NCBI GenBank assembly: GCA_977018835.1
Contig: OZ361257.1
Coordinates: 868,001-932,000 of the forward strand
DNA from: Minutocellus sp. GHC0000111
Taxonomy: Eukaryota
Length of the DNA stretch: 64,000 nt
Direction of reading: 5' to 3'
The position numbers were made by a program, and so were the translations under genes. The notes beneath the pieces were generated by a model that saw nothing but the letters and a program-made list of their open reading frames with translations, was not told the DNA's origin and ran no database searches. Each line of letters opens with the position of its first letter. Positions within the stretch are counted from its first letter, which is position 1. Of this stretch, positions 1 to 12,101 are shown piece after piece.

Positions 1-1704
1 CGACTGGACGCTGTGGCGTTGTTGGATGAATTTGCATACCGATTTTATCAGGAGTTAGATTACAACTTGGAGTGCGAGAATGGTCTCAAGATTAGGGAGC
101 AGATGAAAATCTTGCCATCCGTCGTTATCCCTGATAATTATCCTCAATACACCTCCCGACGGGTACACGTGGCAGAATGGATCGAAGGGGAGAAGCTTTC
201 CCAGAGTAGAGCTGATGATGTCGGTGCGCTGGTGAATCTTGGTGTTATCACCTATTTGACCCAGCTGCTCGAGTATGGTTTCTTTCATGCAGAGTGAGTT
301 TGTCAGCATCATTTTCTTATCTTTTCTTTTGTTGGGGTCATTCGCATTGGATTCATATTACATGAAATCATCGGGTCTCATCGACAAAAACTCATGTTGC
401 TTTCCTTTTTTCACAGCCCACACCCTGGAAACATGATGAGGACGAACGATGGCAAATTGGCTATTCTTGACTTTGGCCTCATGACTGAAGTGACAGATAA
501 TCAAAAGTATGGCATGATCGAGGCTATTGCTCATTTGTTGAATCGAGATTATTCAGAGATTGGCCAGGACTTTATCAATCTTGATTTCATCCCGGAAGGG
601 ACTGATACCGAGCCCATTGTCCCCGCTTTGACGAAAGTATTCGATGTTGCCCTTGCTGGAGGTGGAGCCAAATCCATCAACTTCCAGGAATTGGCCGCAG
701 ACTTGGCCGAGATCACTTCCGAGTACCCTTTCTCTATCCCACCGTACTTCGCCTTGGTCATCCGCGCCATTTCGGTTTTGGAGGGCATCGCACTCGTTGG
801 CAATCCTGAATTTGCCATCATTGATGAAGCCTATCCTTACATTGCTCGCCGTCTCATGACCGATGACAGCCCTCGTCTCAAGGCAGCATTGAGATATATG
901 GTCTATGGCCGGGAGGGAAGCTTCGACGCCGAAAAGCTAATCGATCTGCTTCAAGCGCTTGAGAAATTCACTGCGGTCCGCGATGAGGGCGATGGAAGTG
1001 CCTTCAAGGTTGACGGTGTCCGAGGAAGCAAGAATCTGGGAGTTGCAGGTGACTTTGTGGGGTCGCAAAAGGTAGATATTTCGGACCGCGACACCGACGT
1101 CGGTGATGGAAAGTTCCGAGTCTCCGAGCCTTCGTCTGCCATTACACAGGCCGGTCCCAGTCAATCCGAGCAGGACGAGAAGACTGTTCGAGAGGCGCTG
1201 CGTTTCTTCTTCAGCCCCGAGGGCCAGGTATTTAGAGAGTTTATGCTGGAAGAAATCGTTACAGTCGTAGATGCCTCGAGCCGTGAGGCACTGCAGGAAC
1301 TAGTACGAACTTTCGGCCTCGGCAACTTGCCCGTCCCAGGTCTATTCCGTGCTCTCAATCCTAGGCTGAGTGACCAGGACAAGAAAACCGTGCAGCAGAT
1401 CAGAAAGCTCGTTCAATTCCTCCTGGGTGATCTCGAGGGAGCTATGGCTCCGGACGGCTTGGAGAACACCAATCGCAATGTAGGTCGGCTGCAAAGAGCA
1501 CAACAGCTCTTCACCACCACGGCAAGAGATGACAGATTACGAAACCTTCTCCCAGTTTTGAGGGAATATTCTCCGCAGTTGCGAGAATTTGGCACCCTCC
1601 TGGTCGCCCGCCTAACTGAAAAGGCAATCTCTCGAGGCTTGGATTTCGCCACTGGCGGAGCCATGGCAAGAACACAACCTGCTGCAGCGGCCCTTTCCTC
1701 GTGA
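1..1704 (+). CDS. ABC1/ADCK (UbiB-like) atypical kinase, 5'-truncated by the window edge; exons <1-293 and 417-1704
   Basis: Motifs ELDY..E and EWIEG. Splicing the GT-AG intron 294-416 rebuilds the catalytic HADPHPGN, followed by ILDFGL and PPYFALVIRA..VLEGIAL. Confidence 0.92.
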
Positions 1705-2009
1705 GATGTTTGTTTAGTACGGTACCGGTAATGGTAGATTCATATCATGATAAATAGATGCAAGTATATGCCTGAGCTATATTGTTTGCTGTAGATTAGC
1801 TGTATGGTTTTTGCGCAGATCTACCGGTACCGGTACATGTAGTCGAGTGAACAGTCGAACAGGCGCGCGGAGGATGCGTCATGTGCGCGCATAGCATGGC
1901 TGTGCGTGCGTGCGATTCCTTCAGGACCCGGAGGCGCAGCTCTGACTCAGCGTCCCCATGCATGTCGTTGGAACATCCTGACCGTGTTATTACTGCGTAG
2001 TAACCCACG

Positions 2010-2701
2010 ATGACCCGCCAAATAAGCAAAGCGACTGCGCTTTTCCTGCTTGCTACTTCAGGAGCTAATGCGTTCGTTCCCACTAGCGGAAGTAGTCCCC
2101 CGGTTGGAGCTTTCGCCAATGTGCCGGCTGCAAGTACCAGTGCTGGCAGGAGGGTAACGAGTCGCGCCAGCACCGAGGTGTCGGTTGATCCCAAGGAGGC
2201 GGTGAAATTGTTCGGGCGGCTCGCAGAGAAATACATTATGCTTGACGACTCGGGCGGCATGTGCTGTTACAGTGCCTGTTCGGATTGTGAGTTCAGGCTG
2301 CCTGATGGTGGGTATAAGATGGCCGACCAATCGGCGTCTAGACCCAAGTGGATTCCAGTGTACCTAGGTACGAGCACCGCGCATTTGAGTCTCAGGGCAA
2401 GGAACACACTTCAAAGTGGAGCACGGAGATCTTTTCGCAAGGACCGGCGGTTTCGAGGGAGGAATTCATAGCAAAGGTGACGAATGAAATGGCTTACGCA
2501 CCATCGCTCGGAGGCCCATATTTATCTGCTTCGGGGGCGGCTATTGAAGACGATACACTGGTTGGAAAATTGTTCGACTTATTAGCTGGCGACAAGGAAA
2601 AGCTGACGAAGCATCGCATGTCTACCAGGATGAAAGAAATTGCCGGCGAAGAGGAGGCTCTAACTTGGCCCAACTTCCTTTCTGCCTTGGAGGAGGAGTA
2701 G
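2010..2701 (+). pseudogene. Plastid-targeted protein with CCxxxCxxC motif (oxidoreductase-like N-terminal Cys motif), frameshifted by an 8-nt insertion at ~2363-2370
   Basis: Signal peptide ends GANA-FVP; motif CCYSACSDC. ORFs 2010-2471 and 2348-2701 join in frame (WIPVYEHRAF) if 8 nt are removed from the palindrome GTACCTAGGTAC. Confidence 0.65.
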
Positions 2702-3934
2702 ATCTAGATCTACCAGCAGCTACTAGTAGCTTGCTAGTCTAGTAGATCTAGCTACTAGGTAAACAAACGTTGACCAGTCTCTTTTTCATATGCTATTCGT
2801 TCAGCTATCGATAACATATATTATAGTGAAATGTACCGGTAGACTCTAGATCTAGATCTACCTGCTAGTTTCTAACTGGGTAATATAGATCTACACATGC
2901 CGGTGATGGCAGATCTAGCTAGATCTAGTCTGTCTACATGTACATGTACATGTACATGTAGGCCTACATGTGCATTGTAGAGTAAAAAAGCAAAACCTAC
3001 ATTTACGGTTGGTAGATCTACGGGCAGTAAGATTTGACCGTTGGTCTTCGGGTCAACGAACACCTAACTTCTAGATCTACTAATGGCATTCTTTGCTGAT
3101 TTGTAATATGTACGTAAATGTTTGTCGAATTGTCATCTTGAAGAGATGTGGTGATGGTGGTGTCATCCTAGAGTACATGCAGGGGCGCAATTAATTAAGG
3201 GGCAGTTTGAGGTGATGTTGGGTTTCAGTGACTAAAAGTAAATGAAACCATCTACATGTAGTTAACAATTATAAAAGTGTCGGCTGTCTCTGCGACTCTG
3301 CGTCCGGTGCCGAAATCCCGAAATCAGCAGCCGATGGTGATGCCTTATCTCATTCGGTGTCAATGTCAATTATTATTTTGATGGGGCTGATCACTCCTTC
3401 AGCAGCGAGCGTAAGCGAGCCGAGCTCTGGCGGCGGAGCGCTGCAAGGCAGCGGAGCCCAGTGAATTGTAAATTCTCTCTGCTCTCCTGTCCGAGCAAGG
3501 CGGCGACGGGCCAAACACTAGTATTCTCATAAAATGAAGCATTGGGTGAGTGGTGGTTGGCTCGAAAAATTGGGAGATGCTGACTCATTTTGACGAGAAG
3601 GTGCCGAGCAGAGGCAAAAGAAATTTCGAGGCTTCGCCTGGAGCTCTGACCAAGTGAAAAAATAAGGGGCTGCTAGTAAATGTTGTTAGTCCCGCCAAAA
3701 AACATGTTGGTCCCGTCTCCCTCGAGACGGCCAGATGAGGGGATCGTTAGTGGTCAATTACTAGTAGCTCTAGCTTCTGCTAGCAGCACCTCTGCTTTGC
3801 TCTGGCTCAACGCCCACACGCGGCATGAGTTGTAGTCGTGACAACCTGTCCCTTACCTCTGCACTTGCTTGCTGGCACTTGGCGTCACTTACTTGATGCA
3901 GGAGCCGAGACTCCGTCGGGCCTGCCTGTGCAGG

Positions 3935-3971
<37 letters not shown>
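3935..3971. repeat. (TGT)n microsatellite
   Basis: About 12 perfect TGT/GTT units. Confidence 0.95.
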
Positions 3972-3972
<1 letters not shown>

Positions 3973-4107
3973 CTCCTATTTTACCCTACGTAGGGAATTG
4001 CCCGTCAGTTAGTGCGTATCGAGTTGGAACCGACTCGGTCGACTAAGCTGACGAGGCTTTCCAGCCAGGGTGATTGCTCCAGAAATGAGAACTTCATTCT
4101 CTGTGGG

Positions 4108-4893
4108 AAGATTTCTGAAGTTTGCTCTCAAAAGCTGGGAACTATCTTACAACTGGGCCGCTGTTTTTACTATAGGAAATCTTCGTTTCAGGAACCAAGG
4201 CCATTCTCATCGGCGAGGTTGCATCGAGACGCATCCCATTCATCTGAGATGAAGGCCAGGAGAGCACCGCCTCAAGCCAGAAATGAGAACTTGATTCTGA
4301 GAAGATTTCTGAAGGTTCGCATTTTTTGTGAGATTATCTTACACTCGGGCCTTCATTCAATAAGGAAATCTTCGTTTCAGGAACTAATAAGGCCATTCTA
4401 ACCAGCGAGGCGGCATCGAGACGCCTGCATCCGATTCGGCTGTGTTGTGATCATTGTGTTGCGCCCCGTGTCACACAGGCTCGTGTACATGTACTAGCGA
4501 AAGATTTCTGAAGTTTGCTCTCAAAAGCTGGGAACTATCTTACAACTGGGCCGCTGTTTTTACTATAGGAAATCTTCGTTTCAGGAACCAAGGCCATTCT
4601 CATCGGCGAGGTTGCATCGAGACGCATCCCATTCATCTGAGATGAAGGCCAGGAGAGCACCGCCTCAAGCCAGAAATGAGAACTTGATTCTGAGAAGATT
4701 CCTGAAGGTTCGCATTTTTTGTGAGATTATCTTACACTCGGGCCTTCATTCAATAAGGAAATCTTCGTTTCAGGAACTAATAAGGCCATTCTCACCAGCG
4801 AGGCGGCATCGAGACGCCTGCATCCGATTCGGCTGTGTTGTGATCATTGTGTTGCGCCCCGTGTCACACAGGCTCGTGTACATGTACTAGCGA
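4108..4893. repeat. Near-perfect 393-bp tandem duplication with older internal ~200-bp sub-repeats
   Basis: 4108-4500 is almost identical to 4501-4893. Each unit contains AGGAAATCTTCGTTTCAGGAAC twice. Confidence 0.93.
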
Positions 4894-5087
4894 CTAGCTA
4901 GAGTAGTGTGCGGCGATGCGTCACTACTTTCATTCACATATTCCTCGCCCGGCGAATTGAGATGAAGCCTAAGCCAAGTGTGAATCAGCCGGTCCACCAT
5001 TTCAAGATCGGTAGTTTGCTAATACCTTAAGACATTGCGAGAAGAAGGGAGTTGCAAGGCAGCGACGAGCGCGTCAACGACTTTACC

Positions 5088-6047
5088 ATGACTCAACAGC
5101 ATCAGAACGACGTAACATGCATCGACGAAATGCCAGGACGGGCAAGTCATGTCACCAAAGATCTCTCCGAAAGCAACGACAGCCTTCCAACCAAAATTAT
5201 GAATAAAACTCGGCCAGTAACTGTTGGATTTCGTCGCTGCAGCTTGGATCACCATGCCCGCCATCATTATACTACAGCAAGTGGTAAAGATGACGCTGTG
5301 TGTACCATTAGCACGTCGTCTTCATCTTTGACCGTCGCCACTGAAGAGACGTCACGTCAACCACGCCGATCCTCTCTCAAGTCGAACTCGTCTACAAGTA
5401 GGAATCCTAGGCCTCCCAGCACAACTCCCAAAAAGTGTGTTACTTTCTCCCTCGACGTACGAGTAAAGGAGATCGAATTCAGAGATCAAGACTACATCCA
5501 AGCGGCATGGCTATCCAAGGAGGAACGCCAAGACATCCAATACAGAGCAAGAGCCGACCTCAAGGTCATCAAGCATCTCACCAAGCATCCCGAGGACAAG
5601 AATACTCCCGGATTTCGGGCCGTGCGTTCCAACATCAGCCTACGCGGACTGGAACAGTTTCTTTCCAAGCGTATTCAACAATGCCTCATCCTTGAGCAGC
5701 AGGGTGTCATCTATAGCGTCCTGGAGGCACAAGAATTACAATTTCAGTGTTCGTCTCACTTCGGAACGCTGTATGGACCCGAGGAGCTCGCCAAGGTGAG
5801 TGCCGAACGCAGTCTCCCAAGTTGTGAACGAGCCCTGAGGCAAGGCAAAGAGGATGAGGCAGCGGTCCTGAGCTATCTAGGCCTGAGTACCCGAAAGAAG
5901 AAGAGTGCCCATTCATATCTCCGTGCCGAGCGTCGATCATCGATGCCCGCTGCTGCTCCTTCTTCTTCCTCTCCGCATGCGCATGTGGAGACCCCGTCTC
6001 CCGCTGGGACATCAAGCGACTCTTCTCGTTCGCTCCAGACCTTATAG
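5088..6047 (+). CDS. Hypothetical protein of the diatom-type 'V.F...W...RGLE...VL..Q' family
   Basis: Motif order CVTFS, AWLS, LRGLE, VLEAQ, A...A...D. The same motif order occurs in the ORF at 40798-41547. Confidence 0.7.
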   Translation: MTQQHQNDVTCIDEMPGRASHVTKDLSESNDSLPTKIMNKTRPVTVGFRRCSLDHHARHHYTTASGKDDAVCTISTSSSSLTVATEETSRQPRRSSLKSNSSTSRNPRPPSTTPKKCVTFSLDVRVKEIEFRDQDYIQAAWLSKEERQDIQYRARADLKVIKHLTKHPEDKNTPGFRAVRSNISLRGLEQFLSKRIQQCLILEQQGVIYSVLEAQELQFQCSSHFGTLYGPEELAKVSAERSLPSCERALRQGKEDEAAVLSYLGLSTRKKKSAHSYLRAERRSSMPAAAPSSSSPHAHVETPSPAGTSSDSSRSLQTL

Positions 6048-6343
6048 TTTGCATCATACATGTACATGTACAGCTCCTATAAACGTCTACGTAGAAAATT
6101 GTTATATACCGGTACATATTACAAATCAGCAAAGAATGCGGTACATGTACAGCTACACATGTAGGTTGCCCCTGCTGGTACATGGAGAGAAGAAAACTTT
6201 CTTTTTCCAGCTTTCTAGTAGAACTCTTTCAGTGACTCGTTTTGCGTAAGGGATAAAATAAATAGATCTACAAAAGAGAGTGTAAACGTTGTACAATATA
6301 TATAATTAATAAGTTTTAGTTTGAACAACTACATGTACATGTA

Positions 6344-6533
6344 CAGTCAGTCCTCACCTATATGTAAGCACAAAGGATTTCGGCTCCAGCCCTGGATGTG
6401 CTTACATGTACTACTTTGGAATAAGGAATTGTATTCGAATGAGGCACCAATTAGCTCTTAGAATAAGCAATATGCCCAAAATCTCATCCCTCAGCTAAGC
6501 ACAAGGATTGTGCTTATAGGTGAGAACTGACTG
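6344..6533. mobile_element. Tc1/mariner/pogo-type MITE (~190 bp)
   Basis: Imperfect TIRs CAGTCAGTCCTCACCTATA(tgta)AGCACAA ... TTGTGCTTATAGGTGAGAACTGACTG, flanked by TA at 6342-6343 and 6534-6535. No coding capacity. Confidence 0.85.
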
Positions 6534-6853
6534 TACGCACGTGCGAAGTATAATAAAGAATGATTGTGTTGGGTGGTAAAGGGTGGAGCCTGTTCTGTTA
6601 CTCTCCCCATCTATCTATATCGCCGTGCGCTTGCCGGTGCCATTGCCCGTGGTCTTTCCCTACACAAGAGATCACGTCTGCATTTCGTTCGAGGCACGAG
6701 AGAAGAGGCAGCTACTAGTACGTGTAGGGTTGCCGACAATGAAAAGAATCGTTTCGAGACTGGCAGGTGCTCTGATAGTGTGACGGGTTCTCGGCACGCG
6801 AATCGAGTCTATAATATGGTTACCGGTACTACGAGCAATTTAGAGGCTTTAGA

Positions 6854-6947
6854 AGTGGACCTGAACGGCGCTATGAGTAATTAGATCTAGTGGCTACCTT
6901 CCCATGTCTCACTTTTTCCCCTTTTCATCGCCTGATTATGACGATTT
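6854..6947 (+). repeat. Dispersed repeat, copy 1 (copy 2 at 42059-42190)
   Basis: 30 identical nt AGTGGACCTGAACGGCGCTATGAGTAATTA plus shared TCGCCTGATTATGACGATTT. Confidence 0.85.
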
Positions 6948-7186
6948 GACACATGCATGTCGATGTGAGAGGGTTGAATAAATTTCGGTATCTCATAACC
7001 GGTTATGAGTCAAAATCAGAAAGATGTGCAGGTGGGAGAGGGAAGAGCGCCGACGCAGAGAAGAGATGAGAGCGAAGTACCGGAGCAGCGAAGCCTCAGC
7101 GTGTCGTAAAGCGCCATCGGTCCGAGACGGGTATACAAAGTGAGATGGTGACCAATTCCGATCTCCCCACCAGTACGTGTAATCAC

Positions 7187-7795
7187 ATGGCGACCTACAA
7201 TAGTAGAGACCGAGACAGCAGGAATGATGACAACAACTTCGTCCTCCATACGCCTGCTGAATTTGACGAGGCAGCGCGCTACAACATATTTCGGGATAGT
7301 CCGTTGAGATATATGGGCTACTGCAATGAGATTGGCGAATCGTTTCGTTACCAATTTCCTCGATTTGTCGTTCCTTCGTACATACTTTCATTTGGATACG
7401 TCGGTGCGGACGCACTGACGACGGGATATCGAGAATACTGTTCTGAAGACACGAGTAGGGACAACAAGGAAACAAAAGTATCCAGAAAATACCGAGCAGG
7501 CATTGCAACATTCGACACTTTGCTGTGGCAGTCCTTAGCCTCGGTTATGATACCTGGACTGGCAATCAATGTCATTGTAAAGGCTTCCAGATTTGTTGTG
7601 GCTCGGTCTCCTCTGACTCTCCCGACTCTCGCCAGCAAATGGTTGCCAACCGCTGCTGGTATTGGAAGTATCCCTCTCATTATTCATCCGATCGACTCCT
7701 TTGTTGACTTTACTTTGGATAACTCAACGAGAGTATGGCTGGCTGAAAACACATCGGATGACAATGGTGGAGGAGACAGTGATAAGGCACTCTAA
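7187..7795 (+). CDS. MTFP1: Mitochondrial fission process protein 1 (MTP18 family)
   Basis: IFRDSPLRYMGYCNEIGESFR, DTLLWQSLASVMIPG and IPLIIHPID are MTP18 signature blocks. Confidence 0.9.
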   Translation: MATYNSRDRDSRNDDNNFVLHTPAEFDEAARYNIFRDSPLRYMGYCNEIGESFRYQFPRFVVPSYILSFGYVGADALTTGYREYCSEDTSRDNKETKVSRKYRAGIATFDTLLWQSLASVMIPGLAINVIVKASRFVVARSPLTLPTLASKWLPTAAGIGSIPLIIHPIDSFVDFTLDNSTRVWLAENTSDDNGGGDSDKAL

Positions 7796-8093
7796 TTATG
7801 TGCTTTAACAATATGCACAATAAATCGTACTACGTAAATTGTTGCACTTCTAGCTACGTAGCTACGTAGTGCAGACCAAGACAATCCAAGATTTTCTAAT
7901 ATAGGCACAGTCGCGTTACTGTTACGCGACAACTTTCCTTTTTCTTAAGCCTGCTGCGACATCGCAACAATAGGAATTCCTAGGAGCACGCGGGTTTGAT
8001 CGCCGATATCGGCATCGCCAAGATATCTGCAGACGATCTCTTGTGTTACCCTCCAAACGGTAAGCTACTAGTAGGTACTCAGCTGGCAACTCC

Positions 8094-8882
8094 TTACTCA
8101 TCATCTCCCTCCTTCTTCTCGTCATCGACTGTGTCCATGACCTCCACCATGTAATTGCTATTGGTGTAAACACACATGTCAGACGCGATAGTCATTGCCT
8201 TCCGGCAGACGTCTTCTGCACTCATTCCGTCGACATCGACCAGGGCCCGGGCGGCAGCAATGGCATAGTTCGATCCGCTACCCACGCCGAGGACACCGTC
8301 GTGACTCTCCAGCACATCCCCGTTCCCGGTAATCTCCAGCGACACGGTCTCATCCGCGACTAGGAGGGATGCCTCCAAACGACGCAGGTACTTATCCGTC
8401 CTCCATCCCTTGGCCAACTCGACGCAGCTCCGCGCGAGTTGCCCAGGATACTCGTCCAGCTTACCCTCGAGACGCTCGAGAAGGGTAAAGGCGTCAGCCG
8501 TGCTGCCGGCAAAGCCCACGATCGTCCCGCCCTTCTCCTTGTCTCCCTCCTCTCCGGCTGGTCGGTTGGCCGCCGATGTCTTGGGGAGGATTCGTCGGAT
8601 CTTCTTGGCGTTGGGCTTGACAACGACCGGACCCATGGAGACCTGTCCATCCCCCATCATGCACACCTTGCCATCCTTGCGCACGCAGAGGATCGTGGTA
8701 CCGTGCCATTCCGGCGAAGAGGTGGAGGCCGTGGCGCTGTAAGACCGGGCGGTGGTGACAAACAGAGATGGTGCTGCCGCTGACGCAGATGCAGATGCAG
8801 ATGAAGAGGATAAAGTGACAGGGCATACTGTTGTAGCCGACCTGCGCAACGACGCAACGGCCACTCCCGCTATGCGATTCAT
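8094..8882 (-). CDS. hslV: ATP-dependent protease peptidase subunit HslV/ClpQ with mitochondrial-type presequence
   Basis: [48 protein letters not shown] and CVYTN. The N-terminus is Arg/Ser/Ala-rich. Confidence 0.95.
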   Translation of the reverse strand: MNRIAGVAVASLRRSATTVCPVTLSSSSASASASAAAPSLFVTTARSYSATASTSSPEWHGTTILCVRKDGKVCMMGDGQVSMGPVVVKPNAKKIRRILPKTSAANRPAGEEGDKEKGGTIVGFAGSTADAFTLLERLEGKLDEYPGQLARSCVELAKGWRTDKYLRRLEASLLVADETVSLEITGNGDVLESHDGVLGVGSGSNYAIAAARALVDVDGMSAEDVCRKAMTIASDMCVYTNSNYMVEVMDTVDDEKKEGDDE

Positions 8883-9204
8883 TTCTCTTTGTAAGTTTGG
8901 GGGATAGAACGATATTTTAGCTGCGATTGAGTGGCTGATGGAGCAGTAGGAGCAAGTCAGCAGCAGCGTGCAGCACGTGGTGAGTGTGACGAGTGACGAG
9001 CGAGGGTGGAGGGCGGAGGCTCGAGTATTGAAGAGTGGGTAATATCCCGAGAAATGCAAAACTGTGAATTCGAGCATTTATTTTCTTTTTTCAATAGAAT
9101 TGATACGTTCAATGATGTCAGCGCGAGGCGGTCGATCGATCGGCTCTGGCAGAGATAGGTTGCGTCCACCAGTCCGCACCTGCCTGCCCACGTGTATTGC
9201 CACC

Positions 9205-11295
9205 ATGCGCTTCACCGCCCTTTCCGTTGTTGCATGCCTTGCCGGAGCTGATGCCTTTGGCGTCTCCTCCCAGCAGTCCATCCGCAAGCCTGCCTTCACC
9301 TCCTCCACCGCCGTCCAGGGCGTCAAGAATCCCCCCGCCAATGAGTCGACCCCGGCCAAGGCTCTTGTAAGTAGACGGACGTCTTTGTTTGATGGCAGAT
9401 GGAATTAGCGCATCATTATGAATGTCCTTTCTTGTGGATTACAATGCGTATGCAAACTGGTTCTCTGTTTTCGAATCTTTTTGTACCAGGTCAATATCTA
9501 CTACTCTTCGATATCTACAATATCCGCAATGTCTGACTGATTTATTTGTTCTTTACACAATAATATCCAATCGATCGATATAACATCTTGTGCTGGGGGT
9601 TGCTGCGCTTCCATGCATGGAATCGAATGGACATTGCTTCATATTGGCACATTCATGCGTGAATATGATAGGGATTCCTTGGAGCTGCGGGTGCTGCTCT
9701 GGCCCTCGTCACTGCCGCTCCATTTGCTGATCCCAACGCTCCGGGAGCCATTCAGACTCCTGTGAGCGAGATCGTCAAGGGTGTCCTCCCTGCCCCAGCT
9801 CCCAAGGTCGAATCTGCTCCCAAGAGCAAGGTTGCGCCTAAGGTGAAAGCACCTAAGAAGGAGGCTGCTCCCAAGGCTGAGAAGCCTGCAGCTGCGAAGA
9901 AGAATGCTGCTCCCAAGAAGGTCAAGAAGGGCGATTACGATTTGGATCTTGAGGAGCGCGTTGCTCAGGAGGAGGCTGTCGCTGCTGAGGATGCTGCTGA
10001 TGCCAAGGCTGCCAAGGAGGTGAGTTATGTTGGGCGCATGGTATATATACCTATCTCTATGAAGCCGTTGCTGTCTTGGGTCTCTCTCGTGATTTGGCAT
10101 GGTGGCCTCTACTACACACAATATGCCAACTTTCTCATTTACATTGAAATTATGGTTTTCTTTTTCAATTTAGGCTGCTGCCAAGGCCAAGGCCGAGGAG
10201 CGTGCTGCCGAGCGTGCGGCCAAGGAGAAGGTGAGTGTATCTGTGCCAGAAACGAAAAAGGAAGTGCTAGAATTCTTTGAAGAAATTGAATTTATTCTCA
10301 TCTCCATATATGCTATCATGCTGGCCACTGAACTTTTTGCTTTTGCATATCGTAGGAGGCTGCTGAAAAAGCCGCCGCTAAGGAGGCCAAGGCCAAGGAG
10401 GCCGCTGCAAAGAAGGAAGAAGGCGCCAAGGCAAAGGCTGAGGTACGTTGTTTCAGTATTTATTCATTTCATTTTTCTCCATGGGATTGGAAATAGATTT
10501 CTGCATCTCTGTGGGCTTTTCGATCGTACAAGGACTCGTCTTACAAAGAACTGTCACAATCATTTTCTAAATATCTAGGCCGATGCCAAGAAGGCGGAAG
10601 AAAAGGCGGCCAAGGCTGCTGCTGAGGACAAGGTGAGACTATGAGAGGCTTTGATTGGAACATTTGAATGGACTTCTCGCTAGAGAATAGGAAATCTTAT
10701 CCCTGTTGAATATTTTTTCCCACTCCTTCTTCGTTCACCAACAGGCTGCTGCCGAGAAGAAGGCCGCAGAAGCGGAAGCAAAGGCAGAAGCGGAGCGCGA
10801 AAAGGCGGGTGAAGCTGAGGCCGATGCCCGTGCTGCCGAGGCAAAGGAAGCCAAGGTAAACTCTTCACTGATTGGAGGCCCGTGTGTGCTTTTACATATT
10901 CGCATTTACATATTCTCCCAGGAAATCCATTTCTCACACACTAGTACCTACTCACACCACTATCTCTTATCCAATAGGCCAAGGCGGAGGAGAAGGCCGC
11001 TGAGCGAAAGGCTGCCGAAAAAGAGGCCGCCGAAAAAGCCGCTGAGAAGAAGGCGGTTGAGAAGGAAGCAGAAGCCAAGGCGGCCGCCGCAAAAGCAGCC
11101 GCCGATGAGAAGAAACTTGCTGCTCCTGCTCCGGTTCCTGCCCCGGCTCCCAAGGCCGCGGCTCCTGTCATTAATAAGTCTGCAAGTGGTGCGTCTGGCG
11201 TTGGTGTTGTCAAGGGTGGCGAAGCTGGTGGAAAGGTACTGCAGAAGGAGGAGCTCTCGGCTGGTACGCTTGATTTCTTGAAGCAGTACAACTAA
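9205..11295 (+). CDS. Plastid-targeted Ala/Lys/Glu-rich coiled-coil protein (~378 aa); exons 9205-9366, 9672-10019, 10174-10230, 10356-10442, 10579-10632, 10745-10855, 10978-11295
   Basis: Signal peptide ends GADA-FG. Six GT-AG introns, all phase 0, give a continuous frame ending GTLDFLKQYN*. Codon usage is strongly biased (AAG, GCC, GAG). Confidence 0.8.
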
Positions 11296-12101
11296 AATAC
11301 TGCGGGTGCATATATGCATAGAACGATCGCTCGTCGTGAGGTACATGTATGCAGCATACGGTCGATCCAGACTGGTTGCGGCTATTATCTGGTGGCAAGG
11401 ATTTGGAAATTATAAAAGATTCTTTTCGGATAGATGTTGTATTCCCTCATCTAACTACTGGTAGATCTATGAATTCTTTTCGGATAGATGTCGTTTTCCC
11501 TCATCTAACTATGAAAAAGGTCCTACATGTCATTGTAGTACACATGTAGTCGATCGAGAAAAAGAGCAAAAGTTGTTCGTTGCCGCTAGCTGGTATTTCT
11601 AACCATGAAATGTGGATAGTGGATGGAAATGTTGTCGTTGCTCTTTTTTGTCGGGTTGTTCCAGTTTCGGCTCTTTGAATGAAAGGATTGGTTCGATTCG
11701 ATTCATTCGCCTGGATGTCGGCGATGTGTCCGGAGCATCAGAATAAGGTGGCCGTGACATTTGGGTTCGCATCATGATCTTGATGGAAAAATATTTATAA
11801 TATATAAAAACCTCGTGAAAATAAGAACAATTTCTCGTCAAAAGGCGAACAGTAAAATACGAGCTCTTTTGATACTAAAAATAAGGGTTCTCACGCCACC
11901 TGATCGTTTTGCTTCCGCCGAAACGCTGTGATGGCGACATCCGATCTGGCTGGCGGTTGATGATGGCCTCGACATGACACCTCCTTTCTCGCTACTCTAT
12001 GCCGCCATAAAACGAACAAAAGCAATCCGATAACAGAAAAAGAAGCCAACGAGCAACACGTTATAGCCCTCTCGCATATCCCATATCAAACTAACTACAA
12101 A

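Noticed and set aside
294..416. Same 123-nt length as the psbA intron
   Set aside because: No sequence similarity is apparent, and the length is within the normal intron range here.
3290..3900. Possible ncRNA or transposon end (GCGAGCGTAAGCGAGC hairpin-like motif)
   Set aside because: I could not establish a recognisable RNA family, TIR or TSD by eye.
4012..4890. ORFs within the 393-bp tandem repeat, or a CRISPR-like array
   Set aside because: The ORFs are by-products of the repeat. There are no unique spacers and no cas genes.
8094..8882. HslV as bacterial contamination or novel HGT
   Set aside because: Mitochondrial HslV is established in many protists, and this one has a targeting presequence.
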